Source: an uncultured bacterium
GTDB lineage: Bacteria; JAGOEH01
Direction: 5' to 3'
Length of the DNA stretch: 64,000 nucleotides
Assembly: GCA_964632485.1 (NCBI GenBank)
Contig: CAZWDO010000010.1
Location: 1-64,000 of the forward strand
Shown: positions 30,049-39,940 of the stretch, one piece after another
How positions within the stretch are numbered: position 1 is the first letter of the stretch
How the letters are laid out: every line of letters starts with the position of its first letter
The notes under the pieces: generated by a model
The model's database searches: none
Told to the model about the DNA's origin: nothing
The model's input: the letters and a program-made list of their open reading frames with translations, nothing else
Made by a program: the position numbers and the translations under genes

Positions 30049-31950
30049 ATGACCGGATTTGATTTGAGAGCCCGTACCCGATATTATTTTGATAATTACA
30101 TGTCGCGGGGGACAATGGCGCTGATCGGGGGTTTGTTTGCGCTCACTCTGTTGGTGATTTTCCTGGCCGCTTTGATCGTAGTCGGCGCGGGGATCACCCC
30201 GGTGGAACAGACGGGCGAGCCATTGGATTTTTTAGAGGCGATCTGGGCCGCCCTGATGCGCACGATTGATACCGGGACCATTGCCGGGGATAATGGTTGG
30301 CAATTCCGATTGATCATGTTTGCCGTGACTGTTTGCGGTATTCTCATTTTTTCGGCTCTGATCGGCGTCTTGTCCCGCGGTTTGGAATGCAAGTTGGAAT
30401 CGCTGCGCAAGGGCCGATCGCGTGTGATCGAAGCCAATCATACGGTTATTTTGGGCTGGTCGCCGCAGATTTTTACCATTATCTCGGAGCTGATTATCGC
30501 CAATGAAAGCCAGAAAAATCCATGTGTTGTGATTATGAGCGAGAATGATAAAGTAGTAATGGAGGATAATATCCATTTTAATGTCCCTAATACAAAAAAT
30601 ACTCGTATTGTTTGCCGGACAGGTAATCCCATCGACATTAACGATTTAGAAATTTTGAGCCTTCAGACCTGCAAATCGATTATTATCTGTAGCCCGCCCT
30701 GCGATGAACCCGATGTTGAAGTGATCAAAACTCTATTGGCGATTGTCAACAGCCCCTCCCGCCGCGCGGAGCGCTATCATATTGTTGCCGAGATTGTGAA
30801 TCCCGAGAACTATGATATAGCCGCTCTTATCGGGAAAGATGAAGCGGAATTGGTGAAAACGGACGAAATTACCGCGCGCATCATTACGCAAAGCTGCCGG
30901 CAAACTAGCCTTTCGGTCGTGTATAATGAATTGTTCAGCTTTCGGGACAATGAGATTTATTTGAAAAGTGAACTAGCTTTGTACGGGAAGCCATTTCATG
31001 AAATCCAATTTGCTTATAATAAATCATCGGTCATTGGAATTATAGATGCCGGAAACATTCCAATTTTTAATCCCCCTGAAGAGCGTATTTACCAGGAAGG
31101 TGAAAAATTGATTTTTATAGCGGAAGATGATGCTTCGATTCATCTTTCAAAATCACAAATCGAAAAAACCAGTGCGCCCAGCGTGGTAGCGAGTTCGATC
31201 CAACCGGTTGGCCCTGAAAAAACTCTGATCATCGGATGGAATAACCGCGCCAATTATATCATCAATGAACTTCAAACCTATGTAGCTCAGGGTTCTGTGA
31301 TTTCGGTGGCGGTCGATGATCCGACGTCGGTGGAAGAAATCCGAGCGATGTGGGAGGAAGTGAATCAAATCAAACTCGAAACGGTAACCGGCGCTTTGAC
31401 GAAACGCAGTTTTTTGGAATCCCTGGACCCCTGCCGCTATGACCATATCATTGTACTTGCCAAGGAACGGTACCATACCCCTCAGGAATCGGACGCCCGG
31501 ACCATCATGATTTTGCTTTACTTGCGCGATATTGCCAATAAAGCGAATCATCGGCTGTCCATTGTCAGCGAAATGATCGATTCCAAAAACTGCCAATTAG
31601 CTGAAATAGCGCGCGTGGATGATTTCATTGTCAGCGAACGTTTGATCAGTTTAATTATAACTCAGATTTCCGAGAATAAATCCTTGAACGTGATTTTCCG
31701 AGAGTTGTTGGACTCCAAAGGATGCGAGATTTATCTGGAAAATGTCGAAAACTATGTGGAACTGGGTAAACCGGTTAATTTTTACACCGTCATCGCTGCG
31801 GGAATAAAGAATAAAAGAATCCCGTTCGGATATAAACTGAATCGTTATGCCGGGGATGCGTCACGGAAATACGGGATCGTCATCAATCCCGATAAATCCC
31901 AATTGATAACCTTTCAGCCAGAGGATCGCATCATTGTCATTGCGGAATAA
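30049..31950 (+). CDS. CASTOR/POLLUX-like ion channel, paralog 3
   Basis: Colinear; pore loop TIDTGTIAGD; AAGGAG SD. Confidence 0.85.
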   Translation: MTGFDLRARTRYYFDNYMSRGTMALIGGLFALTLLVIFLAALIVVGAGITPVEQTGEPLDFLEAIWAALMRTIDTGTIAGDNGWQFRLIMFAVTVCGILIFSALIGVLSRGLECKLESLRKGRSRVIEANHTVILGWSPQIFTIISELIIANESQKNPCVVIMSENDKVVMEDNIHFNVPNTKNTRIVCRTGNPIDINDLEILSLQTCKSIIICSPPCDEPDVEVIKTLLAIVNSPSRRAERYHIVAEIVNPENYDIAALIGKDEAELVKTDEITARIITQSCRQTSLSVVYNELFSFRDNEIYLKSELALYGKPFHEIQFAYNKSSVIGIIDAGNIPIFNPPEERIYQEGEKLIFIAEDDASIHLSKSQIEKTSAPSVVASSIQPVGPEKTLIIGWNNRANYIINELQTYVAQGSVISVAVDDPTSVEEIRAMWEEVNQIKLETVTGALTKRSFLESLDPCRYDHIIVLAKERYHTPQESDARTIMILLYLRDIANKANHRLSIVSEMIDSKNCQLAEIARVDDFIVSERLISLIITQISENKSLNVIFRELLDSKGCEIYLENVENYVELGKPVNFYTVIAAGIKNKRIPFGYKLNRYAGDASRKYGIVINPDKSQLITFQPEDRIIVIAE

Positions 31951-31974
31951 AAAAAATGGAAGTAAAAATTTTGC

Positions 31975-32003
31975 TTGACAAATTACATAAAAAATAGTAA
32001 TAT
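31975..32003 (+). promoter_or_regulatory. Putative sigma-70 promoter
   Basis: TTGACA-17 bp-TAATAT. Confidence 0.6.
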
Positions 32004-32217
32004 ATCATGATTGTGGTTAAATCCTGGTCGCGCTTTTCTTGAAGAAAAAAAGACCGAATTCTGTTAAGTGTGCATTGACAACTTTAAAAGGCGATTTAAA
32101 TGAGTCGGGATGTTAAAAAGGGTTCCCCGAGAGATTTATCTTTCAATATAGACATCGCATGCCTGAAATTTTTTCTATGGAAACCTATATGTAAAATCTT
32201 TTCAAGGAGGTATTATT

Positions 32218-33324
32218 ATTAATATTCACGTTAATCGCATTTATCTTGCTTTCTGTCTAGCGTTGGCATGGCTCGCGGCTTGCGGGACTTCGCCCCAGCC
32301 CCCCAAACCGGAAACCAAAGCGATAGCCGTCAGCATGTTGGATGGCGCCGACACAGTAACCACGATCGCGGGTAAATTATCCGCGGAGCAGAATGATGAG
32401 GATGAGAATTCATTGCCCCGGATTTTGCTGGACGACAAGCCGGTTTACACTTTCCAGGATCACTATGGCCTGAGTTTCAAGGCATTGTTCGATATGGCGG
32501 GAAGCTATCAGGGGATTCTAATCATTGCCACCAATTATGCCCATCCGCCGTGCCCCGTGGATTTGTATTTAATGACCCTCAATCCCGATCAGAGCGTTAA
32601 AGTATCCGATCCCTTCGGCACCTGCACCGATTATCTGAAATACGAAATCGACACGATCAAGCAGGCGGTTATCATGAAGAATGCTTCCCATGTCGATAGA
32701 CGTTTCCAGGAAGTGGAACCGGTTGGCGGCCATGAATACAGCTATTGGATTTACCAGGACAAGGAAGTCCGGGAGTTGGAAGGCTGGAATGAAGACGAGT
32801 CTGTCGCCGGCGATGAATCCGAGGGAGAGTATGATAGCGTCGATCGTTCCCTGTTTCAGATGCTGGGCATGAAGTTCCCGCTGACGGTAAGTGATTTTGT
32901 CGATCGAATGGGCGAGCCTGATAAGATGGAATATGACGAGGATGATCCCTCGCCCTGGGGACAGTTCTTTTACTGGCCGATACCGGATCAGAACCTGATG
33001 CTGACGGTATTGGGTTCCGGCAGCGGACTCGAGCCCCAGTATGATGAATCATGTATTTTTTTGACGCTTAAATCTCTGGAGTCTGACGATGGCGGAACGG
33101 TCCGTCACTTGCCGTCAAATGTAGATTTCGGCGACAGTTACGGCGTGGTCAATCAGGCTTTACTGCATCTGGTGGAATTGAATCCGAAACTTGAACTGTC
33201 CGGCGGCATCGAATCGCAGTTGATGCTGACGGATGGCGAATCCTATTTGTTTTATTTCTTTGATGATGATGGTGGCTTGAAGGAAGTGATGCTCTCCGGC
33301 ATCAATATCAATCAGGCCGATTGA
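32218..33324 (+). CDS. Acidic lipoprotein, probable ATT start (track start 32263)
   Basis: AAGGAGG at 32204-32210, then in-frame ATT giving a full signal peptide ending LAA-C. Confidence 0.7.
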   Translation: MNIHVNRIYLAFCLALAWLAACGTSPQPPKPETKAIAVSMLDGADTVTTIAGKLSAEQNDEDENSLPRILLDDKPVYTFQDHYGLSFKALFDMAGSYQGILIIATNYAHPPCPVDLYLMTLNPDQSVKVSDPFGTCTDYLKYEIDTIKQAVIMKNASHVDRRFQEVEPVGGHEYSYWIYQDKEVRELEGWNEDESVAGDESEGEYDSVDRSLFQMLGMKFPLTVSDFVDRMGEPDKMEYDEDDPSPWGQFFYWPIPDQNLMLTVLGSGSGLEPQYDESCIFLTLKSLESDDGGTVRHLPSNVDFGDSYGVVNQALLHLVELNPKLELSGGIESQLMLTDGESYLFYFFDDDGGLKEVMLSGININQAD

Positions 33325-33506
33325 GGAATCACATAGAAGTTAGCAGGTTTTTGAACGTTTTATGATGATCCTATATTGCAAAAACACCGAGAAACAACAG
33401 CTTTGATAGTATACTCGTTTTTATTTTTGTTTTTTCAACAATTGCCTGGCAGAATTTCGTTTTGCCAAATGTAGTTTTCAGGATAATTTAAAAAAAGGAG
33501 TGTGAT

Positions 33507-33890
33507 ATGTCCGACAAGATACGAATTCTGGTAGTGGATGACGATGCCAATCCCCACGATACAGCCAAAAAATTTCTGAATCCGGATTATGATACTGATC
33601 ACGCAGAAGGCGCTTATGCCTATGACAATGCTTTGATCAAGATTTTTGACGAGAGTAAAAAATATAATTTGATCATTACCGACTATCATCTGGGAAGTGC
33701 TGGAGATGCCTTTCAGTTGATCCAGGAATTGCGCGATGGGGGTATCGAATGGCCAATTATTGTCTGGTCGGCAGATAGTTCGAATGAAACGATTATGAAC
33801 GCACAGGACAATGTAAAATTCATCTCCAAGCCGCCGGAAAAATCAACCTTGCTGAACCTGATCAATAAAATGCTGAATCCAAGTGAATAG
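33507..33890 (+). CDS. Single-domain response regulator (CheY-like)
   Basis: ILVVDDD, LIITD, IVWS, ISKP; first gene of the che cluster. Confidence 0.85.
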   Translation: MSDKIRILVVDDDANPHDTAKKFLNPDYDTDHAEGAYAYDNALIKIFDESKKYNLIITDYHLGSAGDAFQLIQELRDGGIEWPIIVWSADSSNETIMNAQDNVKFISKPPEKSTLLNLINKMLNPSE

Positions 33891-36800
33891 GCAGAACAAT
33901 ATGGGTGTTATTCTTTTGAAAATACTTATTGTGGATGATGATCATGCTCAGCATGTGTGGATAAAAAATGAATTTCAGGGAATGAAATCCGAGGGAGTCG
34001 AATTTGAATTTAGCGATGCTTATAATGGCGCTGAAGCGATTGAAGTACTCAATAGTCAAGCTGATTTCAATTTGATCACGTTGGACATCAATATGCCGGA
34101 GAGCGATGGTAAGGATTTTTTAACAAAAATTCAAAAAAACGAGGCGTGGAAAAGACTTAATGTTATTATTCTTTCTACCGAAGAAGGCAAAGACGCGTTC
34201 CCTGAGCTTGAAAAACTAGGGGCTAAAAGGTTTTATCGAAAGCCTCTGAATCGGTCCAATGTCCATGATATTTTGAAAAATTTTCTTGGAAGTAAAGTGG
34301 AATACCCAGTATCTGAAAAACTACCAATGGAATTTGGGTTAATGATCAAGAGTTTTTTTCAAACTATCGAAATGCAGAAAAAAGATGGAAAATTCAAGGA
34401 AAAGCTAATTAAACAGTTTGAGGATTCAATTAAAAAAATTCGTGATGGATTGAATATATCAGAGCAAATTAAACTGGCAATGGAAACAATTGAAGTTGCT
34501 GATCGGGAAGAAACTGTAGTTAAAAACGAATTCAAGTCAATTATTGGGGAGTATATGGATTCTGAAACTGAAGCGGGTCAAAAAACCGAGTCGCTCATAT
34601 TGAAGCAGTTGAGTCTGGTGGAAGATAAACTAAACGAAATTGACGTTCAACTGATTCAACCTAAGAAAGATACGATCAATATCATGGCGGATTGGAATAA
34701 TATTTTTCAATGGACGCATAATGTGAAAGGATTTGGTGAACCTTCCTTCTTAGGAGGGCTTTTTACCTTGGTCAATACGGAACTCACTAATCTGGCTCGC
34801 GATTGTTCCAATAGCGTCAATTCTTCCAGTCTGGATACCAAAGCGATGGAGACACTGTTCAGTTTAGTCACTTTATTGAAACGATTGCTGCAATTACAGC
34901 CTGATTTGGATAATTTATTGCAAATCAAGAAAAAAATTGAGGAAATCACTTCGGATGAAAGGAAAAAAATAGAGCAAGCGTATGAAGAGTTAGAAAAAAA
35001 ACTGAACGGGTTCGATGAGGAATTTATTAAAAATCTTAAAACAAAAGATATTACTGAGTATGAGGCATTTAAACAGGAAATAATCTCAGCTTTGCGTTCC
35101 GGGCGTTTTGTTTTTCACTTGTCGTTAAAGTTCAATGATCAGAGCAAACGATCAGATTTTTTGAACATTAAAAAAATTTTTGAAAGCATCCGTGAATTGA
35201 AGCGTATTCAACGCTATCAACCGCCGGTTAAAGAGTTTACTATTAAGTATTTACTTCTGTTTCCAAAAAAAGAAGGATTGGAAAAAAGAGTTAGGGAATT
35301 GGTGGAGAGTATTGAAATTAAAGATAAAATGAAAGAGTGTAGAGTGAATATTCTTTTCAGTGATCAGATATCCGAACAAAAACCAAAAGATGAGGAACCT
35401 TCACAGAAAAAATCTCGTGGCAGTTCCCAGGGATCGATTCCGGTTCCGCTGGATGATCTGGAAAAAATTTATACCAATGTTGAAAAACTTTCGGAAGCCA
35501 AATCGGAGCTTCAACAACAATTGGACAATTCGGGTAAAGAGCATGAAATAGGATCAGGAGTAATCAAAAAATTGGGTGTGATTGCGCGTGAAATACATAA
35601 AACAGTATTGGATGTTCGCCAGGTTGATATTTTTGATATTTTTAAGCTGATTGAGCGGCGGATCAGTCAAAACAATTCCAATCTCAGGCATGACGATTTT
35701 GAAAAAATTAAGTTTATACCTCCGAAGAATGAACATGAAGATATTCGAATTGACAAGAAAGTCATGGATGAATTAAAGGGTTGTATCAATATTTTGACAG
35801 ACAACGCTTTTGCGCATGCCTTCGCTGAAATCCCTAAAGAATGTGAAATTTCTGTATGGGCAGAGGAAGATTCAAATTCCAACACGTTGCGTTTCCATTT
35901 TAAAAATAACCGTAAAGGATTAGATCGCGAAGCGATTAAAGCCCGGGCTATTGAACGGAAAATACTTGCCCCGGGTCAGGAATATTCCGATCAGGAAATA
36001 TTTTCCTGTATTTTTAATCGGGGGTTCAGTACGGCAAAAGTTTCCAACCAATTGGCCGGTAAGGGAATTGGCATGTATACCATCAAAGAAGTGGTTACAC
36101 GTAATTTTGGAATTATCCGCGTCAAATCAAAGGAACAGGAAGGTACGGAATTCATTATGGAGTTCCCCCGCAAGCTTTCTATCAATGATGGTTTAATTTT
36201 TAAACTGGCGGGGAAAAAATATGGAATTCCCATTGAATTCGTACGCACGATTCGATTAATGAAGGACGAACAATCTCAGCTAAAGAGTTGGGGTGGTTCT
36301 ATTTTTTCATGGGAAGTTGCAACTAAGCAATTAGGCTTGAAAATGAATAAAGAACAAAAAAATCTAACTCTGCTGCCGATTGTCGATCTTCGGGAATGGC
36401 TACAGGTGGGCGATTCAACCCAATACGATAAAAGCCAATTAGCTATTATTGATTATCGGAATAATCTGTTCGGTATTTTCATTGATGAAATATTACAGCA
36501 GGAAGAGATTGTCGTTAAGCGCATGAGCGAAAATATGTTATCAATTCAATGCCGGATAGATTCCCATACGGTTTTCCAAACCTATACTATTAGTGGGGAT
36601 GGTCAAATGATCCCGCTGTTTAGCATGGATGCGCTCAGTTCATTCTTAAACCAACAAATCCATAAGCTGGCAGTATCCAGTGATAACACCAATAGCAGTT
36701 CCGATTCTACCCAGAAGATAGTTTCCCTTATCGAAGATCGTTTTCATTTTATTATCAATAAAGAATCTTTTGTTATAAAAATGTCGGATATCAAACGCGT

Positions 36801-37749
36801 TTATTATAAACAAGATGTGACCATTTATCCCGATCAGGAGCTTTCCAGAAATTTTTCTTTTACAGCGGGGACAGGCTCTGTGGCCAACCAAAAGCAACAG
36901 TTTATTGTTATCGATGGCGCAGTTTATACCAATCCGCTCAAAGTGATCGATACAGAACGTAGTTTTGCGGTATTGGAAGTGAAGATAGATGCGACCGGAA
37001 GTATTGGTGTGATGGTGGATGAAGCAGTAGGAATGATCGACGGAGAAGAACTGACACAGTTGACTCCGGACACTACAGAGATTGCCTACTATGACTGGAA
37101 AGATACAAATAAAGACGAAATGATTCGATTAAAGGATTTGGAGCTGGAACAATTGCGGGAATTACCAAAAATATTCGCAAGTGATGAAAAGAATATCACC
37201 ACTGAAGAAAATAATCTGGATCAATCAATTAAAAAAGATACTAATCTTGTTATTTTCAATGTATGCGAATGGCAACTAGCAGTTTCAACCAATAATTTAG
37301 TGGAAATTAAATCCTTAAACGGAATTGAGCAATTTTTGTTGCCGGGATTTAAACCATTTGTTAAACATATTTATTATCGGGATGGCAAATTGGTGCCGTT
37401 TATCGATTTGAGCGCCATTCTCGATAAATCAAAATCTGAGACTTACGCAATGGTTTGGAATCGAAACTTGCATTGTCTGGTGCTGAGTCTCGAATTAAAT
37501 GCCGATGAGGCCGGATCCCAGAGAGAATGGATTGGTATTTTGGTCGATAAGGAACCCATTATATGCATGAATGATGACTTTCACTACAATTCGGCTGATG
37601 ATTTCCCTTGTCCTTTCGACCGTATCTGGGTTGACATGTGTGGTGAAATAACAAAAGAAATACTTATATCTGAAGAAATACCTAAATCTGATCGAATTTT
37701 TTATCAATTGAAACTGGATAAGCTGTTTAAAGAAATCATTAAACCCTAA
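33883..37749 (+). CDS. cheA: Hybrid CheA: N-terminal REC, HPt, dimerisation, HATPase, P5 plus two further CheW-like domains
   Basis: REC (IVDDD, TLDINMP, RKP); HPt IFQWTHNVKG; IFNRGFSTAKVSNQLAGKGIGM; three CheW-like modules; start may be 33901. Confidence 0.88.
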   Translation: MNRQNNMGVILLKILIVDDDHAQHVWIKNEFQGMKSEGVEFEFSDAYNGAEAIEVLNSQADFNLITLDINMPESDGKDFLTKIQKNEAWKRLNVIILSTEEGKDAFPELEKLGAKRFYRKPLNRSNVHDILKNFLGSKVEYPVSEKLPMEFGLMIKSFFQTIEMQKKDGKFKEKLIKQFEDSIKKIRDGLNISEQIKLAMETIEVADREETVVKNEFKSIIGEYMDSETEAGQKTESLILKQLSLVEDKLNEIDVQLIQPKKDTINIMADWNNIFQWTHNVKGFGEPSFLGGLFTLVNTELTNLARDCSNSVNSSSLDTKAMETLFSLVTLLKRLLQLQPDLDNLLQIKKKIEEITSDERKKIEQAYEELEKKLNGFDEEFIKNLKTKDITEYEAFKQEIISALRSGRFVFHLSLKFNDQSKRSDFLNIKKIFESIRELKRIQRYQPPVKEFTIKYLLLFPKKEGLEKRVRELVESIEIKDKMKECRVNILFSDQISEQKPKDEEPSQKKSRGSSQGSIPVPLDDLEKIYTNVEKLSEAKSELQQQLDNSGKEHEIGSGVIKKLGVIAREIHKTVLDVRQVDIFDIFKLIERRISQNNSNLRHDDFEKIKFIPPKNEHEDIRIDKKVMDELKGCINILTDNAFAHAFAEIPKECEISVWAEEDSNSNTLRFHFKNNRKGLDREAIKARAIERKILAPGQEYSDQEIFSCIFNRGFSTAKVSNQLAGKGIGMYTIKEVVTRNFGIIRVKSKEQEGTEFIMEFPRKLSINDGLIFKLAGKKYGIPIEFVRTIRLMKDEQSQLKSWGGSIFSWEVATKQLGLKMNKEQKNLTLLPIVDLREWLQVGDSTQYDKSQLAIIDYRNNLFGIFIDEILQQEEIVVKRMSENMLSIQCRIDSHTVFQTYTISGDGQMIPLFSMDALSSFLNQQIHKLAVSSDNTNSSSDSTQKIVSLIEDRFHFIINKESFVIKMSDIKRVYYKQDVTIYPDQELSRNFSFTAGTGSVANQKQQFIVIDGAVYTNPLKVIDTERSFAVLEVKIDATGSIGVMVDEAVGMIDGEELTQLTPDTTEIAYYDWKDTNKDEMIRLKDLELEQLRELPKIFASDEKNITTEENNLDQSIKKDTNLVIFNVCEWQLAVSTNNLVEIKSLNGIEQFLLPGFKPFVKHIYYRDGKLVPFIDLSAILDKSKSETYAMVWNRNLHCLVLSLELNADEAGSQREWIGILVDKEPIICMNDDFHYNSADDFPCPFDRIWVDMCGEITKEILISEEIPKSDRIFYQLKLDKLFKEIIKP

Positions 37750-37771
37750 TCTGAATGAAAAGAGGAACGCT

Positions 37772-39940
37772 ATGGCAAAATCAACCATGATGGACAATGC
37801 TGTTGATTCGGTTTTCAGCAAAAGCATTATCAAACGGACGACTTATTTTTTTATTATTTGTATTACTCTGATTTTTATTACATTCAACTCAGACTATGTT
37901 ACCAATCTGCTATTTTCAGAATCGGGCGGTTTTTCAGTGGATACACGCTACATGAAATCAGTACAAGAACTAGTTAAAGCCAGCTTTGCTCTTGAGGATT
38001 TAAATTCTCGTATCACACATTTGCTGGTAAATACAGATAAACAGCAAATGCGCAATTTTCTCATGGATGAACAACAATTGCGTACCCGCTATGTTCGCCA
38101 CCTTCATAATTCTCTGGCTGCATTTAGCAGCCCGGAAAAACAAACCTTGATCGATGAATTAAAGGATGATTTTGAAGTCATAATCAGCGCGGTTCATTTA
38201 ATACAGGATTCTTCTGCAACTGATATTTCAGCTTGGACTGCCAATGTACAGGGAAAATCTGCTGGAATGAAATCTCTCATTAAACGACAAATTGATCATG
38301 AGAACCAGGAATCCATTAAATCTTTAGAGAATGCGCAAGGCATTCTGAAACGTATGCAGAATTTAAAAGCATCCGCTCTGAACATCCTGATTTTGGTTTT
38401 TTCAGTTCTCTATTTCTTCATTTTCTGGAAACCAATGAAGCGGGAAATCGAGGAATTCAAAAATTACTGCGGACAGGTAATTCAGGCTCGGCCGGACTTG
38501 GATTTGATTCTTATGAAGTCACAAATCGAGTTTTCCGAAGATGTCGTCAAGATTGGGCAAATATGCCAGGTTTCATACCGGGTTGTTGAACGTCTGACGA
38601 ACGTCGCTAATAGTTTACGCGACTTGGTCGATACTGTGGATGGTCAGGTTGAGGACTATAAAAAGATTAACACATCTTTGAATGATGAGTTGTTTGGCAA
38701 AGATAATGAATTAAGTTCGAAACTCAATACAATTCAAACTATGACTGAAGAAATTGAAAGGTCTATTAGTGGTATTATAAAAGTAACTGGAGAATTGGAA
38801 AATGAGAATAAAAACATAAGTGATAATTCAAATAGTAACATTAAAAAATTGAAAACAATAGATGAAGATACAGCGGAACTGAAAAAGAAAATAATCGAGA
38901 TTATTAATTTGCGCAAAGAATATATGGTAAATATGAAAAATGTACAAAAAAATGATAAGGATTTGATTAAAAAAACCAATGATACTAATTTAAAAGACAC
39001 CAGAGAAATAAAAGATCAAATTGTAACCATATCTGAAGCTTCAAAAAGTATGAAAAAAAATTTTATTGAATTTAAGAAAAAAATTAGCACAATTCAGCAA
39101 GGTCTAACCAAAATTGATGAAATAAATATCAAAACGAATATTTTGGCATTGAATGCACAAGTTGAAGCTGCGAAATTGACTGGAAATAGTGAAGGATTTA
39201 CAGTCATTGCCGGAGAAGTGAAGAGTTTGGCTCTTCAAACCAAAACAACGAAAGAAGAAATTTCAAAAAATATGGATGCTGTTAATAAAATGTTCGAGGA
39301 TATAGAAGAGTTAGTTGAGAATACGAATAAATTGGTTCAGGGAATTAATAAGATCGCTGAAGAAAATTTTCTAGATTGTGAATATCTGAGTAAAGAAAAA
39401 GAAAAACAAGGGGAGGCTTCTGAAGGTAAAATTTCTCCAGATGCTAAAGAAATTAGAGAACTGATAGACAAAAATCGTACACTCTTTCAAAAGTTGGATG
39501 ATAGCTCTAAAGAAATAGAAAAAGCTTTGAATGCTGCTAGCGGTTTGGCCGACAAGGTTGATACTGACACTGAGCAAGTTAACAAAACAATTGAAGAAAG
39601 CATTAAAGATAATAATAAAAAAATTGAAGAAGGTATAGGTAAAATAAAGCGTTCAATCGAGGAGCAATCAAACGCGACAAAAAAATCTGAAGAAATTATT
39701 AAAATACTTGGAGATTTCATTAAAAAAATAAATCAATTAAAAGAAGGTTATGGTAAAAATGATATAAGCCTGCAAGATAAATTTAAAGCCGAGAAAGAAC
39801 AGATTGGCTTCATTAATAATGAATTCAAAAAATTGAAACAACTATCTAAAAAAGAAAAAAAAGTGATCGAGGAAACCGAAAGTCTTAAGAAAATCATAAA
39901 TTTGATTGACGATGACGAGGATGAACATGGAATCAATTGA
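37772..39940 (+). CDS. Methyl-accepting chemotaxis protein, long cytoplasmic domain
   Basis: Two TMs around a helical periplasmic domain; hairpin KTNILALNAQVEAAK..GFTVIAGEVKSLA. Confidence 0.9.
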   Translation: MAKSTMMDNAVDSVFSKSIIKRTTYFFIICITLIFITFNSDYVTNLLFSESGGFSVDTRYMKSVQELVKASFALEDLNSRITHLLVNTDKQQMRNFLMDEQQLRTRYVRHLHNSLAAFSSPEKQTLIDELKDDFEVIISAVHLIQDSSATDISAWTANVQGKSAGMKSLIKRQIDHENQESIKSLENAQGILKRMQNLKASALNILILVFSVLYFFIFWKPMKREIEEFKNYCGQVIQARPDLDLILMKSQIEFSEDVVKIGQICQVSYRVVERLTNVANSLRDLVDTVDGQVEDYKKINTSLNDELFGKDNELSSKLNTIQTMTEEIERSISGIIKVTGELENENKNISDNSNSNIKKLKTIDEDTAELKKKIIEIINLRKEYMVNMKNVQKNDKDLIKKTNDTNLKDTREIKDQIVTISEASKSMKKNFIEFKKKISTIQQGLTKIDEINIKTNILALNAQVEAAKLTGNSEGFTVIAGEVKSLALQTKTTKEEISKNMDAVNKMFEDIEELVENTNKLVQGINKIAEENFLDCEYLSKEKEKQGEASEGKISPDAKEIRELIDKNRTLFQKLDDSSKEIEKALNAASGLADKVDTDTEQVNKTIEESIKDNNKKIEEGIGKIKRSIEEQSNATKKSEEIIKILGDFIKKINQLKEGYGKNDISLQDKFKAEKEQIGFINNEFKKLKQLSKKEKKVIEETESLKKIINLIDDDEDEHGIN

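Noticed and set aside
26051-31950. Assembly artefact triplication or plain TrkA annotation
   Set aside because: The paralogs are well diverged, and each has TM/pore segments plus two RCK domains
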